Shown piece after piece: positions 1 through 17,680 of a stretch of DNA of 64,000 bases. The stretch lies in the NCBI GenBank assembly GCA_002269645.1, contig NIVC01001655.1, forward strand, positions 1-64,000, written 5' to 3'. Each line of letters opens with the position of its first letter. Within the stretch, counting starts at the first letter, position 1. Both the position numbers and the translations under genes were made by a program. The notes under the pieces were generated by a model. It had not been told where the DNA came from. It searched no databases and worked only from the letters and a program-made list of their open reading frames with translations. The DNA is from Macrostomum lignano (lineage: Eukaryota).

Positions 1-469
1 TCTTTTGTAAGCACGAGCGCCGCCTTTCCGTCCCTGCCCATGCGCCGCATGGCATGCAGAGAGACATCTGATGTTTGCAAGCTGCTGGCATTCCAGCCCG
101 CCTATGCATTTGAGCAAACAGTGACAGCATTGTATTAATATATATGAATAGATGAACTTATTACTATTCAAGCCAAGCAGAAACTAACTGGCCATAAATC
201 TCCGGCGAGATTTCCCGTTCGCAATTTCACGGCTACGTAGGTGGGGACTGGCGCCAACTGACTGTACTTGAGTAATGCAATTAGTTCGATTGTGTGACGC
301 AAAGAAATTTGTGCAGCTGATTAACTCTATTTACCTCTTGATCTTCAATATGCAATGTAGAGATTCATTCAGAGACCATAGAGATAATTATGAAATAATT
401 ATTCATTCAATCGATGAACAAGGAATGCGATTGATTAAATGTGAGGTTGGCATGCGATGACAGTGACTG

Positions 470-1118
470 ACTGGGGTGGCTGGCCCAGCAACTGGGGATC
501 TGGGAGGCTGGCCCAGCAACTGGGGATCTGGGAGGCTGGCCCAGCAACTGGGGATCTGGGAGGCTGGCCCAGCAACTGAGGATCTGGGAGGCTGGCCTAG
601 CAACTGAGGATCTGGGAGGCTGGCCCAGCAACTGAGGATCTGGGAGGCTGGCCCAGCAACTGAGGATTTGGGAGGCTGGCCCAGCAACTGACACTCTGGG
701 AGCCTGGCCCAGCAACTGAGGATCTGGGAGGCTGGCCCAGCAACTGAGGATTTGGGAGGCTGGCCAGCAACTGACACTCTGGGAGCCTGGCCCAGCAACT
801 GAGGATCTGGGAGGCTGGCCCAGCAACTGAGGATCTGAGAGGCTGACCCAGCAACTGAGGATCTGGGAGGCTGGTCCAGCAACTGAGGATCTGGGAGGCT
901 GGCCCAGCAACTGAGGATTTGGGAGGCTGGCCCAGCAACTGACACTCTGGGAGGCTGGCCCAGCAACTGAGGATCTGGGAGGCTGGCCCAGCAACTGACA
1001 CTCTGGGAGGCTGGTCCAGCAACTGAGGATCTGGGAGGCTGGCCAGCAACTGAGGATCTGGGAGGCTGGCCCAGCAACTGAGGATCTGGGAGGCTGGCCC
1101 AGCAACTGGGGATCTGAT
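470..1118. repeat. 28-bp minisatellite (GGCTGGCCCAGCAACTGAGGATCTGGGA)n
   Basis: Roughly 23 tandem near-identical units; explains the overlapping repetitive ORFs 403-1284. Confidence 0.95.
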
Positions 1119-1583
1119 GGCAACAATCCAAAGATATAGTATGAGCTGTACAAATAAAGAACGAACAGCAAAATTTCCGAAAGCCTCCACAAGTAGATTT
1201 ACTACTAGATTTGCTGTCGCGCACAGCTAACATTAAGACATTTCTCAGAGAATGGGGGAACACAGTATATTTCAGCGCCATCATATTAATTGAAAATGAA
1301 TTGAAGTTCGCAGGAGAGTAGCTATTATTTTGACTTCATATTAGAAAGGTTGCCGGGTTTCGCCAATATACAGGCGGAAAACAAACTATACTACTAACTA
1401 CAAGAATACGAGTAGGGGCAGAATGGGATTTATTGAATTTTCAAAAGTGAGCTGATTTAAAACAAGTCTGCAATGATAATTATAAATTGTAGATGTTCTA
1501 ATGTTTTGTTGTTGTTATTTTATTCTATTCTCGAGTCAGACCGCTAGCCAGTTTCCCTGTTTTGTAATTAGGGCTTTGTTTTA

Positions 1584-1949
1584 TCACTCGTCACTCTCAG
1601 GCGGCGGGTACACCTGAGGGTGCTTCTGGAACAGGTACTCGAACAGCGGCTGCTTGCCGTCTCCCCAAGGGAAAGGCTTGGTGATTTTATTCCACTCCCA
1701 GTTCGGGAGGGCCGGCCCGTCCGGGTGCGACTCGTGGAACTCGTGCTCCCGAGTCTCCATGTTGTAGAGGCCGAAAATCAGGCAGGGCAGGGCGGCCACG
1801 AAGGTCAGGGCGCTCCACATCTTGGCGGTGTTCTCGTAGCTCTTCACCTCCGCCTCGGTGCGGATGTAGTGGTGGCTCAGCCGGGCCTGCTGGGCGGCGG
1901 CCGAGCGCACGAGGCGAGCGGCGGTGAGAAGCTTCAGCGACTGCATCAT
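1584..1949 (-). CDS. COX6A: Cytochrome c oxidase subunit 6A (intronless CDS)
   Basis: 121-aa ORF with an Arg/Ala-rich transit-like N-terminus, one TM helix (WSALTFVAALPCLIFGLY) and the family motif KPFPWGDG. A TTCCAG acceptor lies just upstream of the ATG. Confidence 0.9.
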   Translation of the reverse strand: MMQSLKLLTAARLVRSAAAQQARLSHHYIRTEAEVKSYENTAKMWSALTFVAALPCLIFGLYNMETREHEFHESHPDGPALPNWEWNKITKPFPWGDGKQPLFEYLFQKHPQVYPPPESDE

Positions 1950-1997
1950 GAGTGCGGGCTGGAAGGCATTGGGGTTGGTGTTCTGAGAATCTGGACT

Positions 1998-2450
1998 CGG
2001 TGACTCACTGACCCAGGAATCTGATGGACTCTGACTCCCTGACCCAGGAATCTGATGGACTCTGACTCCCTGACCCAGGAATCCGAGGGACTCTGTGACT
2101 CCCTGACCCAGGAATCTGATGGACTCTGACTCCCTGACCCAGGAATCCGAGGGACTCTGTGACTCCCTGACCCAGAAATCCGAGGGACTCTGTGACTCAC
2201 TGACCCAGGAATCCGAGGGACTCTGTGACTCCCTGACCCATTAATCTGAGGGACTCTGTGACTCACTGACCCATTAATCTGAGGGACTCTGTGACTCACT
2301 GACCCATTAATCTGAGGGACTCTGTGACTCACTGACCCATTAATCTAAGGGACTCTGTGACTCACTGACCCAGGAATCTGATGCTCTGTGACTCACTGAC
2401 CAGGAATCTGAGGGACTCTGTGACTCACTGACCCAGGAATCTGAGGGACA
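1998..2450. repeat. 33-bp minisatellite upstream of COX6A
   Basis: Unit GACTCTGTGACTCACTGACCCAGGAATCTGAGG; gives the 11-aa periodicity of ORF 1946-2332. Confidence 0.95.
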
Positions 2451-3034
2451 AAAAGTCACTAAAACAACGAAGCCAGTGAAATAAAATCGGTAGAAGCTAA
2501 AGCAAGCAAACATGAGGAATAATAGTTAAGCACCAAGTCAATGTGTTGTTTTGGAAAAATTTTTCATTAACAGGTGGTATAAAAAATAGCAATACTTCAC
2601 TGACTATAATGAGATGTGCATTGAAGCTGTTGTAACAAAATATAAATTTTACAGAAATAAAATGCTATACTTGAACGTATTTAGCATACAAACGGAGTTG
2701 TAAAAACACTCAAAAAATAAAAGCTGACCTATGCAAAAAATGCTGCACACCTACAGACTGTATCGTTAATATTTAACTAATTAAAAGCACATTAACTAAC
2801 TTTGCAAAGGATATAAACATTAATATTGACGGAAAATGGTTAAAATGTATGCCCAATCAAATATACTGCCATTACTACTGATTGACACATGTGCAGGAAA
2901 AAGACAGATTTTATAATGGTTTGGACATTGTGAACTCATATAAACATAAGAAACTCACTTAGCACTTGTGAAACGTCCGTGCAGTTAAATAATAAATTTG
3001 CTAAAATTATTCGAGCGAAATTTTGTGCGTCGAA

Positions 3035-3535
3035 AATGTACATTGAGCCAGTCTAACTGATAATATTTAAAATCTCTGCCCCCAATGTACATTCAGCCAG
3101 CCTAACTGATAATATTTAAAATCTCTGCCCCCAATGTACATTCAGCCAGCCTAACTGATAATATTTAAAATCTCTGCCCAATGTACATTCAGCCAGCCTA
3201 ACTGATAATATTTAAAATCTCTGCCCCAAACGTACATTGAGCCAGCCTAACTGATAATATTTAAAATATCTGCCCCCAATGTACATTCAGCCAGCCTAAC
3301 TGATAATATTTAAAATCTCTGCCCCCAATGTACATTCATCCAGCCTAACTGATAATATTTAAAATCTCTGCCCCAAACGTACATTGAGCCAGCCTAACTG
3401 ATGATATTTAAAATCTCTGCGACAATGTACGTTCAGCCAGCCCAACTGATAATATTTAAAATCTCTGCCCCCAATGTACATTCGGCCAGCCCAACTGATG
3501 ATATTTAAAATCTCTGCCCCAATGTACATTCAGAC
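3035..3535. repeat. 49-bp AT-rich tandem repeat (~10 copies)
   Basis: Unit CCCAATGTACATTCAGCCAGCCTAACTGATAATATTTAAAATCTCTGCC. Confidence 0.95.
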
Positions 3536-3619
3536 AACTAAACTGGAGAACAGCTTCTCTGCCCTAATCTACACTTAGTCATACTAACAGTGCAAAAACA
3601 AGCAATTTTAATTAGTCAA

Positions 3620-6600
3620 TTAAGCGAAGTCAGTCGTTCTCGACAGCCGGCTCGGATCCCAGTCCCAGGCCCCAGTTGCGCAGCTGCTGCATGGCGGCAT
3701 TCAAAGCGGCGCACCAAACCAGCCGTTGATCGCGATATTCGCAGTTCAACAGCAGCAAATTGTCCGTCTGAGAGGCGCTACCTGCCAGACGCAAGCTGAG
3801 CGTGTGCCGACGAACGCAGACCTCCTCGGCGCGAGGCCGACAGTCTGGTCAGAAGGGCAGCGGGTCAGATCTACCGACTGCAGGCAGGGCAGGCCCTGTT
3901 CGCTGTCCTCAGGTTGGGACCAGGCCCGCAGCCGCTCCGGGGTCAGCACCGTCCACAGGCGGGCCCAGGCGGCCAGATCGCCGACCACGCGGTGCCAGGA
4001 CACGTAGCCGGACAGGCTGGCGCGCGGCGACGGCGTCACGCGGATCTGACAGCGAGCGGCCAGCTGGGTGGCCAGCGGACAGGCCGCTGTAGAAGCCGAC
4101 GACGACGTTGTTGAAGGACGTCGCAGTGTCAGCAGCGACGCGGCGGCGGCGTCGGCCTCGGCAGTGGCACCGACGCTGTCGCGCAGTTGAAGACAAGTTT
4201 CGCCGACTAGCTGGAATCCGGCAGCTTCAGCTTGTTCAAGACTGGCCAGCATCGAGGCGGCGGTGGCAGATGCGCCAGCTGACGCGGAGTTCTTTCCACC
4301 AATGAGGGCCGACTTGATGCTCGGCGAGCGGGACACGGCGCCGCTGTTGAACGAGAAATTCAATAGTCTACGACGCTTCACGTGCGACACGGCGGAGCCA
4401 GCGGCAGGGGAGGCGGCTGACAGCAGGCTGCCGGAGCCACTGCTGCTGGCAGGGTCGTCAAGAGCGGGCATCCAGTAGATGCTCAGCATGATCTGCGTTT
4501 GATTTTGGTGCCAAGTATAAATTATGCTTGATTTTTTCGCCAAAAATGAATTAGGCTTGATTTTGGCGCCAAGAATGAATGATGCTTGATTTTGACGCCA
4601 ATAATTAATGATGCTTGATTTTTGGCGCCAAGAATGAATGATGCTTGATTTTTGGCGCCAATAATGAATAATGCTTGATTTTTGGCGCCAAGAATGAATG
4701 ATGCTTCATTTTGGCGCCAATAATTAATGATGCTTGATTTTTGGCGCCAAGAATGAATGATGCTTGATTTTGGCGCCAATAATTAATGATGCTTGTTTTG
4801 GCGCCAAGACTGAATGATACTCGATTTTTGGCGCCAAGAATGACTGATGCTTGTTTTGGCGCCAAGACTGAATGATACTCGATTTTTGGCGCCAAGAATG
4901 AATGATGTTTGATTTTGGCGCCAAGAATGATTGCTAATATCAAGCTTTGCCTATCAATCAACTCACCTGAAAATTGTACTTCAGCTGGTTGACGCTGACG
5001 CAGTTGGGAATCTCCAGCATCACGGGCTTTGAGGACACTGCATCGGGCAGCGTGGCCGACACCAGCTCCGTGGCAATGACGCGGCCTTCTGGGCAGAGCA
5101 GCAGACAGGCGAAATGGTGACGCCAATGATGAGGCATCAGCGGCAGCTGGGTCAGGCTCAGGCGCAATCCGCTCACAGTCAGAGTGGCCAGCAGCTCAAA
5201 ACTGGCGCCAATTGCGTGGGCGGAGGCAGCGGCCGCGGTTGACGACGAAGCCGAAGATGCGATTGAAACGGCGTCCTCGGCGGATTCCAGCTGCCGCAGC
5301 TGCTCCTTGAGGCGGGCGGCCTCGGCCAGGTAATGCCGCCTGCGCTCCCCGGCCAGCAGCAGGATGCGGCAGGTCTCCACGGACTGGGAGGCGGTGGTGC
5401 ACAGTGGCCGGGCCTTGCTGGCCTGGCGGAGCACCTGATGTCGGGGAGCAGGAGATGGGAGATTGGGTGACTGAGTGACTGAGATGCTGTGTGGGGTAGG
5501 TCGAGGCCTAGTGGTCTGGCCAGCGGCCCAGGCTCGATTCCAAGTGCAGTCAGTCACATTAATTTGCGGCTAAATTGGAATCTCGGCTTGGCTCTGCTCG
5601 TGCAATTAACACCCAGCTTGAGGGCCAATCCCCAAGGCACAGTGACGTGTACATGCCCAACGATAAATAAAGTTAGGGCCGCTGTACACTCCTGTGTGAG
5701 TGTGTGCCTACTGCCTGCTCAGGGGAGTCGGCGGAATGGGCAGCAGTGCCTCTTGCCACTGACAATACAATCCAAGACAGACAATGAGGGCCTTGCTTAA
5801 AGCCACTAACCGACTCCTCCAGCATGACCAGCTGCTCCAGTCGATCCAGTCGCTCTTTCAAGTCGCCAGTCAAAGCGACACCCTCATCAGCGAGCTGAGA
5901 AGTCGGAGATGTCGGGCCTCGAGTTGGAGCGGACTCCCACTGGGTGAGCAGGGCCTGCTGACTCTGACGATACTGCTCGATGGTGATTGGCGGCGTGCGA
6001 CTGGGAGACACCGTCTGCTTGCAGGGCGAACGAAAGTCGTGCTGCGGAGTAGGTTGCTGCTGCTGCTGCTGGAAGCTGGAGATGTCTTCCCGCTTCAAGG
6101 CTCGGATCGCCCTGTAATGAGTTGATTTGGAGCTCACATTGTGCATGTGCTGACTCATGTCTTGGAAAGCGGATTCTGACACTCAATGAGCCACTGGAGT
6201 CTCTTCTCTGACTCATCGACAGAGTCTGACTCTCGCCTCTGACTCTCATCAGCAGATTCTTACTCTCGCCTCTGATTCTCATCAGCAGATTCTTACTCTC
6301 GCCTCTGACTCTCATCAGCAGATTCTTACTCTCGCCTCTGACTCTCATCAGCAGATTCTGACTCTCCTCTGACTCTCCTTAGCAGAATCTGACTCTTCCC
6401 TCTGACTCATCAGCAGATTCTGATTCTCCCCTCTGACTCCCATCAGCAGATTCTTACACTCCCCTCTTGACTATCATCTGCAGATTCTGACTCTCCTCTG
6501 ACTCTCCTCAGCAGAATCTGACTCTTCCCTCTGACTCATCAGCAGATTCTGACACTTAATGGGCCACTGCTGACACTTTTTTGAATCATTGGCGGATTCC

Positions 6601-7747
6601 GACTGAAAATATGCTGTGTCCATCGAATTAAGAGTATCTAAACTATAGGTACGATGCCTCATCATAATTCACCTATTCTCAGGCGTTCGAGTCTCCACAG
6701 ATCCAGCTTCCATGGGACGAAGAGGCGGCAAAACGGCTGGCGATTTTTCCACCAGACTATTAGCATCACCGGCGCAGAAAACGTTGGGCATTTCTGTCAT
6801 CAGCATCCGGTCGAAGGAGCCAGACGAGTCGCTTCGTTGGCGATCTTTGACAACACCGTCGCCGACAACTTCGAGGTCTGCCTCTTGGCTCTTAGTCGTT
6901 GAAGCGGCTGTCTCGCCAGCTTCAGTAGCACCAGCAATAGCATCCATTGGTTCATTGTCAACCTTCTCAGCGGCTTCAGACTCTTCTTCTATCGGTTCAG
7001 TAACATCAGGCTCTTCATCATTCTTAACCTTATCAGCAGCTTCAGACTCTTCTTCTATCGGTTCAGTAACACCAGGCTCTTCATCATTTTTAACCTTCTC
7101 AGCGTCAGACTCTTCTATCGGTTCAGTAAGATCAGGCTCTTCATCATTCTTAACCTCAGCGGCTTCAGGCTCTTCTATTAGTTCAGTAACATCATGCTCT
7201 TCATCATTCTCAACCTTCTCAGCAGCTTCAGAATCTTCTGTTGGTTTAAAAGAAGCAACATCGATGAAATTCTCTCCAACAATCGGAATCTGGTCTGCCA
7301 AGCCAGCATCATCCTTCTTCTGCTCGATCTGTGCACCTTAGCGACCGCCGATATTGAGCAAGATTGAGCCTGGGCTGCTAGCAATTTTTGGCGCATAGCG
7401 GCAACCAAACCGCCAGCCGGAGGCGCGTCGGCCTCTTCGGCTGTCTTCTCTTCCTGTTTCTGCTGCTTATTCTCATTCACTTCAACTCGATCTAGTGTTG
7501 ATGAAGAAGCAAACTTATTTGGAGTCTTTGCTCCCGGCTGTTCCTGCTTTCTTTTCCTAATTAAACTGTACAAACTGCTGCTCCCGGCTTCGGGTTGGTC
7601 ATCGGCATCCGACACTGTCACTACGGGTACAGCGCGATGTACTTTGTCTTTGACTGCGTCTGCTACTGAAGCCGACGGGGCGGAGTTTTCCTTCTCGGCT
7701 AGGAAGTTCTGTTGCTTCCGCTGTGAACTAAAAGTTTCACTTTCCAT
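3620..7747 (-). CDS. ANLN: Anillin-like protein (anillin-homology/C2 plus PH domain), 5 exons, with two apparent 1-nt frameshifts
   Basis: Proposed exons: 7747-6673, 6602-6556, 6175-5811, 5434-4967, 4492-3620; all GT-AG and phase-consistent. Recalled anillin-like motifs: LKERLDRLEQLVMLEES|VLRQASKA, ETCRILLLAGERR, LATLTVSGLRL, VIATELVS, NFQ|IMLSIY, and PH domain GDLAAWARLWTVL..WSQPED..CVRRHTLSL..WCAALN..LRNW. Frameshifts near 7335 and 3831. Confidence 0.8.
4500..4930. repeat. ~30-bp intronic minisatellite containing the palindrome TTGGCGCCAA
   Basis: Fills anillin intron 4493-4966; about 14 units. Confidence 0.95.
5493..5762 (+). mobile_element. tRNA-derived SINE, family A (in anillin intron)
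   Basis: B-box GGCTCGATTCC at 5531-5541; the body matches the reverse complement of ~52250-52490. Confidence 0.75.
6200..6550. repeat. ~32-bp intronic minisatellite (CTCTGACTCTCATCAGCAGATTCT..)
   Basis: Fills proposed anillin intron 6176-6555. Confidence 0.9.
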
Positions 7748-7899
7748 GCTTTTTTGCTTAAAATTTATTACAAAAAGTAAAGAATAATCTTGCTCGCCAG
7801 CAGAAATGGTAGAAGTTTCACATAATAATATGAGTGTTTCATAAATACACATGATGTTATTTTCTTGGCTACATAATATTGTGTGAGATAGTATGCTGG

Positions 7900-8365
7900 G
7901 GTTAGAGGGCGCGGGATAGGAAAGTGGGGGTGAATTTAGCAGGGGTAGGAAAGTGGGGAGTGGGGTTGGAGTGGGTATGAAAGTGGGTGGTGGGGTTCAG
8001 GGGTAGGAAAGTGAGTGGTGGGGTTCAGGGGTAGGAAAGTGAGTGGTGGGGTTTAGGGGTAGGAAAGTGGGTGGTGGGGTTGAGGGGTAGGAAAGTGGGT
8101 GGTGGGGTTGAGGGGTAGAAAGTGGGTGGTGGCGTTGAGGGGGTAGGAAAGTGGGGGTGAATTTAGCACGGGTAAGAAAGTGGGTGGTGGGGTTGAGGGG
8201 TAGGAAAGTGGGTGGTGGCGTTGAGGGGTAGGAAAGTGGGTGGTGGCGTTGAGGGGTAGGAAAGTGGGTGGTGGCGTTGAGGGGTAGGAAAGTGGGGTGA
8301 ATTTAGCACGGGTAGGAAAGTGGGCGGTGGGGTTGAGGGGTAGGAAAGTGGGGTGGGTGGACAGG
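7900..8365. repeat. G-rich ~28-bp minisatellite (GGGTGGTGGGGTTGAGGGGTAGGAAAGT)n
   Basis: Tandem units; on the minus strand bounded by AG|GTGAAC (~8371) and CCCAG (~7896), consistent with a 5'UTR intron of the anillin gene. Confidence 0.9.
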
Positions 8366-8871
8366 GGTTCACCTACACGAGTTAACGAAAAATAATATAT
8401 AGCACCAAGCCAGTTCTCAAGGACGCACAAAACAGTATATAGATATTAGACGCCAAACTATAGCATTGCATTTGTACTTTTATTAGAAGTTAGCTGATAC
8501 TAGAATAACAAACAAACGACTTATTAAAGCAGAGAAGTACAAAAGATGATTAATTTCCAGTGGCTTCTTACGCACACACACGATATAAATAGCTGAATAA
8601 ATACGGTATACGGAGATAACCGGTTTGAAATTTAGCTTATAATAGGTAATAATTATCAACATAGGCATTTGCTATTATAGAACAGTTTTTAAAGTGCTAC
8701 CTAACTGATTTTATTAGTACTTAATCATTACCCTACCCAGATATTCCACGCTACGAGCTAAATGCTTTGCAGAGTCCGAAAAAACAGGCAATGTTGAATG
8801 CATGGGCGGTTAAGAGCAACTGCCTGGAGTCTGCAGTAGACAATATTTAATAGGTCTTAGTTCGGTTGAGA

Positions 8872-9200
8872 TACAGGTGCTGGTGGGGGATTCTGGCGGA
8901 TGGGATGCCAGTGTGGGATTCTGACGGATGGGACGCGGGTGTGGGATTCTGGCGGATGGGATGCTGGTGTGGGATTCTGGCGGATGGGATGCTGGTGGGG
9001 GATTCTGGCGGATGGGATGCTGGTGTGGGATTCTGGCGGATGGGACGCTGGTGTGGGATTCTGGCGGATGGGACGCGGGTGTGGGATTCTGGCGGATGGG
9101 ACGCTGGTGTGGGATTCTGGCGGATGGATGGTGTTGGGGGATTCTGGAGGATGGGACGCAAGTGTGGGATTCTGGCGGATGGGATGCCGATGTATGGGAC
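8872..9200. repeat. ~28-bp minisatellite (GGGATTCTGGCGGATGGGATGCTGGTGT)n
   Basis: Tandem units downstream of the SmD1 stop codon. Confidence 0.95.
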
Positions 9201-9323
9201 GCCATTAATATTTTAAGACGAAAAACCGCAAACAAGACCGAAAAGTTCAGCAGCCCCTTATCTTCCTACCATCGGCAGCAACAACAAAGTAGGTAAAATA
9301 GAAATTTAAACTGTTGTGCCATC

Positions 9324-9710
9324 TTAACGACCGCCTCGGCCGCCTCGCCCGCGACCGCGCGGCGGACCTCCGCGCCCGCGACCGCGTCCACGACCCCGGC
9401 CTCGGCCGCCAACGGGTCCGGCGGGTCCGGAGCCTTCCTTCTTCTTCTTGATCTTCGGGGTGTCGTCGACTAGCAGAGTGTCCAGCGGCAGGTTGTCCGG
9501 TAGGATTATGTACCGGATGTTGTTGCCGCGAATACTGAGAAAGTCCAGCGTGATTGGGTCTTTGTTTTTAAGAGTCATTTTCACCTGACGCAGGTGGGTG
9601 TTCATAGCGACGTCGACGCCGATGATGGTGCCGTGGACAACCGTGCCATTCTTCAGCTCGATGGTGACGCTCTCGTGCGAGAGCTTCATCAGGAATCGGA
9701 CCAGCTTCAT
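9324..9710 (-). CDS. SNRPD1: Small nuclear ribonucleoprotein Sm D1 (intronless CDS)
   Basis: [53 protein letters not shown] plus a GR-repeat tail; TTCAG acceptor just upstream. Confidence 0.98.
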   Translation of the reverse strand: MKLVRFLMKLSHESVTIELKNGTVVHGTIIGVDVAMNTHLRQVKMTLKNKDPITLDFLSIRGNNIRYIILPDNLPLDTLLVDDTPKIKKKKEGSGPAGPVGGRGRGRGRGRGRGGPPRGRGRGGRGGR

Positions 9711-9744
9711 TGGGAGGCTGCTGGGAGCTGAAGTAGTGAATGGG

Positions 9745-10690
9745 ATGCTAATATGGTTATTTCAAAGATGCTAATAGGGGTACTTCTGAGATGCTAATAG
9801 GGGTATTTCTGAGATGCTAATAGGGGTATTTCTGAGATGCTAATAGGGGTACTTCTAAGATGCTAATAGGGGTACTTCTGAGATGCTAATAGGGGTACTT
9901 CTGAGATGATAATAGGGGTATTTCTGAGATTTTAATAAATGTACTGCTGAGATCCTAATAGGGGTATTTCTGAGATTTTAATAAATGTACTGCTGAGATC
10001 CTAATAGGGGTATTTCTGAGATGATAACAGGGGTATTTCTGAGATGCTAATAGGGGTACTTCTGAGATGCTAATAGGGGTATTTCTGAGATGCTAATAGG
10101 GGTATTTCTGAGATGCTAATAGGGTATTTCTGAGATGCTAATAGGGGTACTTCTGAGATGATAACAGGGGTATTTCTGAGATGATAACAGGGGTATTTCT
10201 GAGATGCTAATAGGGTATTTCTGAGATGCTAATAGGGGTATTTCTGAGATGCTAATAGGGTATTTCTGAGATGCTAATAGGGGTACTTCTGAGATGATAA
10301 CAGGGGTATTTCTGAGATGCTAATAGGGTATTTCTGAGATGCTAATAGGGTATTTCTGAGATGATAACAGGGGTATTTCTGAGATGCTAATAGGGTATTT
10401 CTGAGATGCTAATAGGGGTATTTCTGAGATGATAACAGGGGTATTTCTGAGATGCTAATAGGGTATTTCTGAGATGCTAATAGGGGTACTTCTGAGATGA
10501 TAACAGGGGTATTTCTGAGATCCTAATAGGGTATTTCTGAGATGCTAATAGGGTATTTCTGAGATGATAATAGGGGTATTTCTGAGATGCTAATAGGGTA
10601 TTTCTGAGATGCTAATAGGGGTACTTTTGAGATGATAACAAGGGTATTTCTGAGATCCTAATAGGAGGGATTCCTGGGATGCTTAAAGGA
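9745..10690. repeat. ~24-bp minisatellite (TATTTCTGAGATGCTAATAGGGG)n between SMYD4 and SmD1
   Basis: About 38 tandem units. Confidence 0.95.
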
Positions 10691-10816
10691 ATTCACGCGA
10701 GATAAAAGATCAAACAAAAATAAACAAAAACAACACTAGTAAAATTAGCACAAAAATACAGCAAATGCATTGCACATTATATTTTAGATTAAAAATACTC
10801 TCTGTTAACTTCTGCA

Positions 10817-16746
<5,930 letters not shown>

Positions 16747-17304
16747 CTGAAAGAAATTTTCTAATTGAAAATTATTGACATCTAAATAAAACCTTCACAA
16801 AGATAGTAGGCATTCCCCCTAAATAGAATCCCCCAGAAAGCAAGCATTGCCCCAAATAGCAAGCATCCCTGGATAGCAAGAATCCCTAGATAGCTAGCAC
16901 CTACCAAATAGCAAAGTTAACAAAGTTTAGTATAACTAACACACTTTTTACTGCTTATGCAAAACAAAATACATGTATATGTAATAGAAATTAGTTAATT
17001 TTTAGCCACTTTCAAAATTTTGACTTTTAAATTTTTTTAAAATAGAAATTTGCTCCTCAAAATTTCAAATTTTGGAAAATCAAAATTGAAATTTTAGAAC
17101 ATCTTTAAGCATTATAAATGACGAGTGTATAGGCCCCTTCTATAGAGGCATTAGGCCCCTTTCTATATTTATTTGCTAGAGCAGTAGCCAGCAGGAAAGG
17201 GCAGCATGTGCGCAGGCACTATGCACCTGTGCACACACTGCACTTTAGAAAAATTTCAAAAGTGAACCGGACACTGTCTACAGTTTTACAATTTTTTCTT
17301 ATAG

Positions 17305-17680
17305 GGTTTTCTGATTTAGTGCAATAGTTACTTTTTATCTAGTGCAATAATCATTTTGAGATTTAATGTAATAATCTTTTTCTTATCTAGTGCAATAATC
17401 ATTTTCTGATTTAATGCAATAATCTTTTTCTTATCTAGTGCAATAATCATTTTCTGATTTAATGCAATAATCTTTTTCTTATCTAGTGCAATAATCATTT
17501 TCTGATTTAGTGCAATAATCATTTTCTTATCTAGTGCAAGAATCATTTTCTGATATAGCACAATTATCATTTTCTCATCTACTGTAATAATTCTTTTTTA
17601 TCTAGAACAATAATCTTTTTTTCACTAATAATTTTTTTTCTTATCAAGTGCAATAATGATTTTCTGATCTATTTCAATAA
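17305..17680. repeat. 30-bp AT-rich tandem repeat
   Basis: (TTTTTCTTATCTAGTGCAATAATCATTTTCTGATTTAATGCAATAATC)-type alternating units. Confidence 0.85.

Noticed and set aside
1-102. Possible fifth minus-strand exon running off the window (AGWNASSLQTSDVSLHAMRRMGRDGK..)
   Set aside because: Too short to assign; only a weak acceptor and GC content support it.
403-1284. Long ORFs in several frames
   Set aside because: Translations of the 28-bp minisatellite; no non-repetitive coding signal.
1620-2003. Antisense ORFs over COX6A, anillin, PDE and Ly6 exons
   Set aside because: Shadow ORFs expected from GC-rich codon usage.
3825-3840. Programmed -1 ribosomal frameshifting or RNA editing as the cause of the frame breaks
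   Set aside because: No slippery heptamer at the sites, and the breaks are scattered over unrelated genes and TEs; error or decay is simpler.
6638-6672. 35-bp mini-intron alternative in anillin
   Set aside because: Leads to an immediate in-frame TAA; the TTTTCAG acceptor at 6603 keeps the frame.
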